64,000 nucleotides of DNA from Paraphysomonas bandaiensis. Taxonomy: Eukaryota; Protista; Chrysophyceae. Position numbers and translations under genes: made by a program. Shown here one piece after another: positions 61,622-64,000 of this stretch (position 1 is the stretch's first letter; every line of letters starts with the position of its first letter). The stretch spans positions 1 through 64,000 of the forward strand of contig CBFFRP010000298.1 in assembly GCA_965644295.1 (NCBI GenBank). Direction: 5' to 3'. The notes under the pieces are model-generated. The model was not told where the DNA came from. It saw only the letters and a program-made list of their open reading frames with translations, and did not search any database.

Positions 61622-63617
61622 TCATTTTTTCTTTCCCTTTCCCTTTTTGACAACTCCACCACGAATTATACACTTATTCCCTTTCAATATTTCGTTGACT
61701 TCAGGCGCAATTTTGCACACCTAGAAGACACGAGTTAAACATCGGAGTATCTTACAACATAACTGAACAATATTTGCACTAAATTGCATAGTATGTACTA
61801 TATCAAGTAACACTACTACTTATTCCATCTGAAGGCACCGTTTTGTCTGCAGTACATACGATACCAACGCAATGTATAAGGAATAATACGATATACATAC
61901 TTGTTTCTTTTGGGCGCGGAGATCGAGTTCTCTCAATGACACCATATCTTGTGCTGAAAAAAAAGTCAACTCTATCATACAGAAACAACACTATGCAGAC
62001 AGGAGTATACTAAGGTACACTAAAACGTCACTCCATACAACAGTTGTAAGGCACAAACGTTCACACCCAATTAGAATGTTATATATCATACTACAAGCAG
62101 CATATCTACCAGTTGCAGGGAGCTGTTTAAGTGCAGGACACTTTCTTGCAGAGAGTTCTTGAAGCTGTCTGAGGTGACCAGCGCTGCCGGGTATTACTGA
62201 GAACTTTGCGTTGTTGTTTATGTATAACTCTCTCAGAGATGTGCATGCTCCGATCTCCTCAGGTAGAGCCCTTAGGTTATTGCTCGACAACGATAGACGA
62301 CGTAGGGCTGAATGGAAAAGTCGAATGAGGTGATATATTTCACATATACATGCGCTATTTAGAAACATACTTGACAGACACACTTATATACATGCACAGT
62401 TGTATATAAGCATACAATTACATAAAAAAGCATACGGTGACGGCAAGCAGAGTATTTACATTTTAAGTTTCCAATCTCAGGTGGCAACGCGGTCAATTTA
62501 TTCTTGTAGAGCTGTAAATCTCTCAGTTGAACAAGAGTGCTGAACATGTCCGTGGGAAGTGTAGCAATTTTATTGGCGGCTGCAATATATACATGTTAAT
62601 CAATACATGAAGTGGTGTGCAATATTCAGGGCGTATGGCATACCTAAATTCAGTAGCACCAATTGTGTACACATTGCAATGCCAGAAGGAACCACATCCA
62701 GGACATTTGAACACATATCTAGCTCCACGATCTTCTGGCAATAGCCAATTTCATCTGGAAGCTCTTTGATTTTATTCAGGCTTAAGTATAAGCGCTCAAT
62801 CTGGCAAGAATTTCAATCAATAAAGTAGAATATTTTAAAGTGGACAAAGTTTCTATTCAGTTATATAGAGGTGAAGCAGTGTACGATGTATTATAACACA
62901 CATAGTCAGCAATAATAATTTCTGACCTTAGTCCAAGACCTCACAATCTGTCCAGGCAGAGCCTCAATCTTGTTATTACGCAGGTTTATGTACACCACAC
63001 TAACCCAAGCAATGGCCTCTTCTGGAATGACTGCAACACACAATACAATTAAAATGGACATAGGACTACACAATATACCCCATATATATGTGCAATAAAG
63101 ATTAAAAAAACATGTAAAGCTAAGGGACATATACGTTTACACTAAACGACTAACCTTTTATGAAATTATCAGACGCAGTTAAGGTTTTTAAATTCGTCCA
63201 ACCATCGGTATTGCTAGGAAATCCAGTCAACTGATTGCTATCTAAATGGAGCACTTCTAACGACTTCATATCACCAACAGATTCGTGCAAAACACCATTC
63301 AGAGCATTGCAACTTAAATTCAACTTTTTGAGCTTTTCTAATTGCGATAATACCTGCAACACATGTCAGTACAACAATCAATGGAATGATACACTTCAGT
63401 GTACTATCTCTAACTGAAAGTATAGCAAATACTTACACCAAATACGTGATCTCCGTTGAAAAGCTGGTTTCGAGACAAGTTTATATCCACTAAGTTATAA
63501 AGCTCTTCACTAATCTGAAAAAAATTTGGGAGCATAGAGAGTTTCATTCCGGCCAAGCAGACATTGTCTTGTTTCTTATCGGCACATTTCTCTAGAGTCT
63601 TATAGACAACATTCTGA
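61622..63617 (-). CDS. Leucine-rich repeat protein, multi-exon, 5' end not resolved
   Basis: Many LxxLxLxxNxLxxLPxEIG repeats over at least 8 exons; basic C-terminus GVVKKGKGKKK. Confidence 0.85.
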
Positions 63618-64000
63618 AACACATATAAGACACATGTATATATTAATAAATATACATACAGAGATCTAAGTGCACACCTTACGACTATATATATACACAT
63701 ACATGTGCGTATACTTCATATACCACGATACATATATATCCATGCTCTCATATACACACTTGTATGTATGTGTCCAAATATATGCACACATAGAGATACT
63801 GCCTACATCCATATAACGATGCATGTCATACTACACTCATATATGTACATGTACGCATGCCCCTGTAGGTGTATATGTATACCTCTACATGTATATATAC
63901 TCATATATATGCACATGTATAAGTGCATAGCCCTATAGGCATATGAGGGTATGTGTGTATGTGTGTATGCCCCTATAGGTACATACGTGTAGCAATCATA

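Noticed and set aside
63925-63985. Two CCTATAGG copies at the window end as the other viral terminus
   Set aside because: Only two copies, in TA/CA-rich low-complexity sequence, with no flanking similarity to 1547-2135.

Overview
Eukaryotic nuclear DNA with short GT-AG introns. It is most likely a stramenopile protist, possibly a chrysophyte (inferred from a SIT-family silicon transporter, a stand-alone mitochondrial SRP M-domain gene and a helical-repeat RAP protein). The first ~18 kb is dominated by mobile DNA: the end of an AT-rich virus-like element (penton-like ORF, small basic ORF, ~600 bp array of CCTATAGG palindromes), a recently inserted but RT-less Ty3/Gypsy chromovirus (near-identical 387/385 bp LTRs, TAAC TSD), a 3.0 kb foldback element with 1,112 bp inverted arms, and hAT-family copies. 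The rest is gene-dense: RAP protein, 4TM protein, EMC4, LYR protein, DUSP12-like phosphatase, MULE pseudogene, TMEM39-like protein, SAP-like repeat protein, FG-GAP receptor, DENN-IQ-PH protein, cystinosin, RPL30, M-domain protein, SIT, RED/IK and an LRR protein. Two long (TATG)n arrays sit between head-to-head genes. All gene models were spliced by eye and family calls rest on recalled motifs; no database searches were run.
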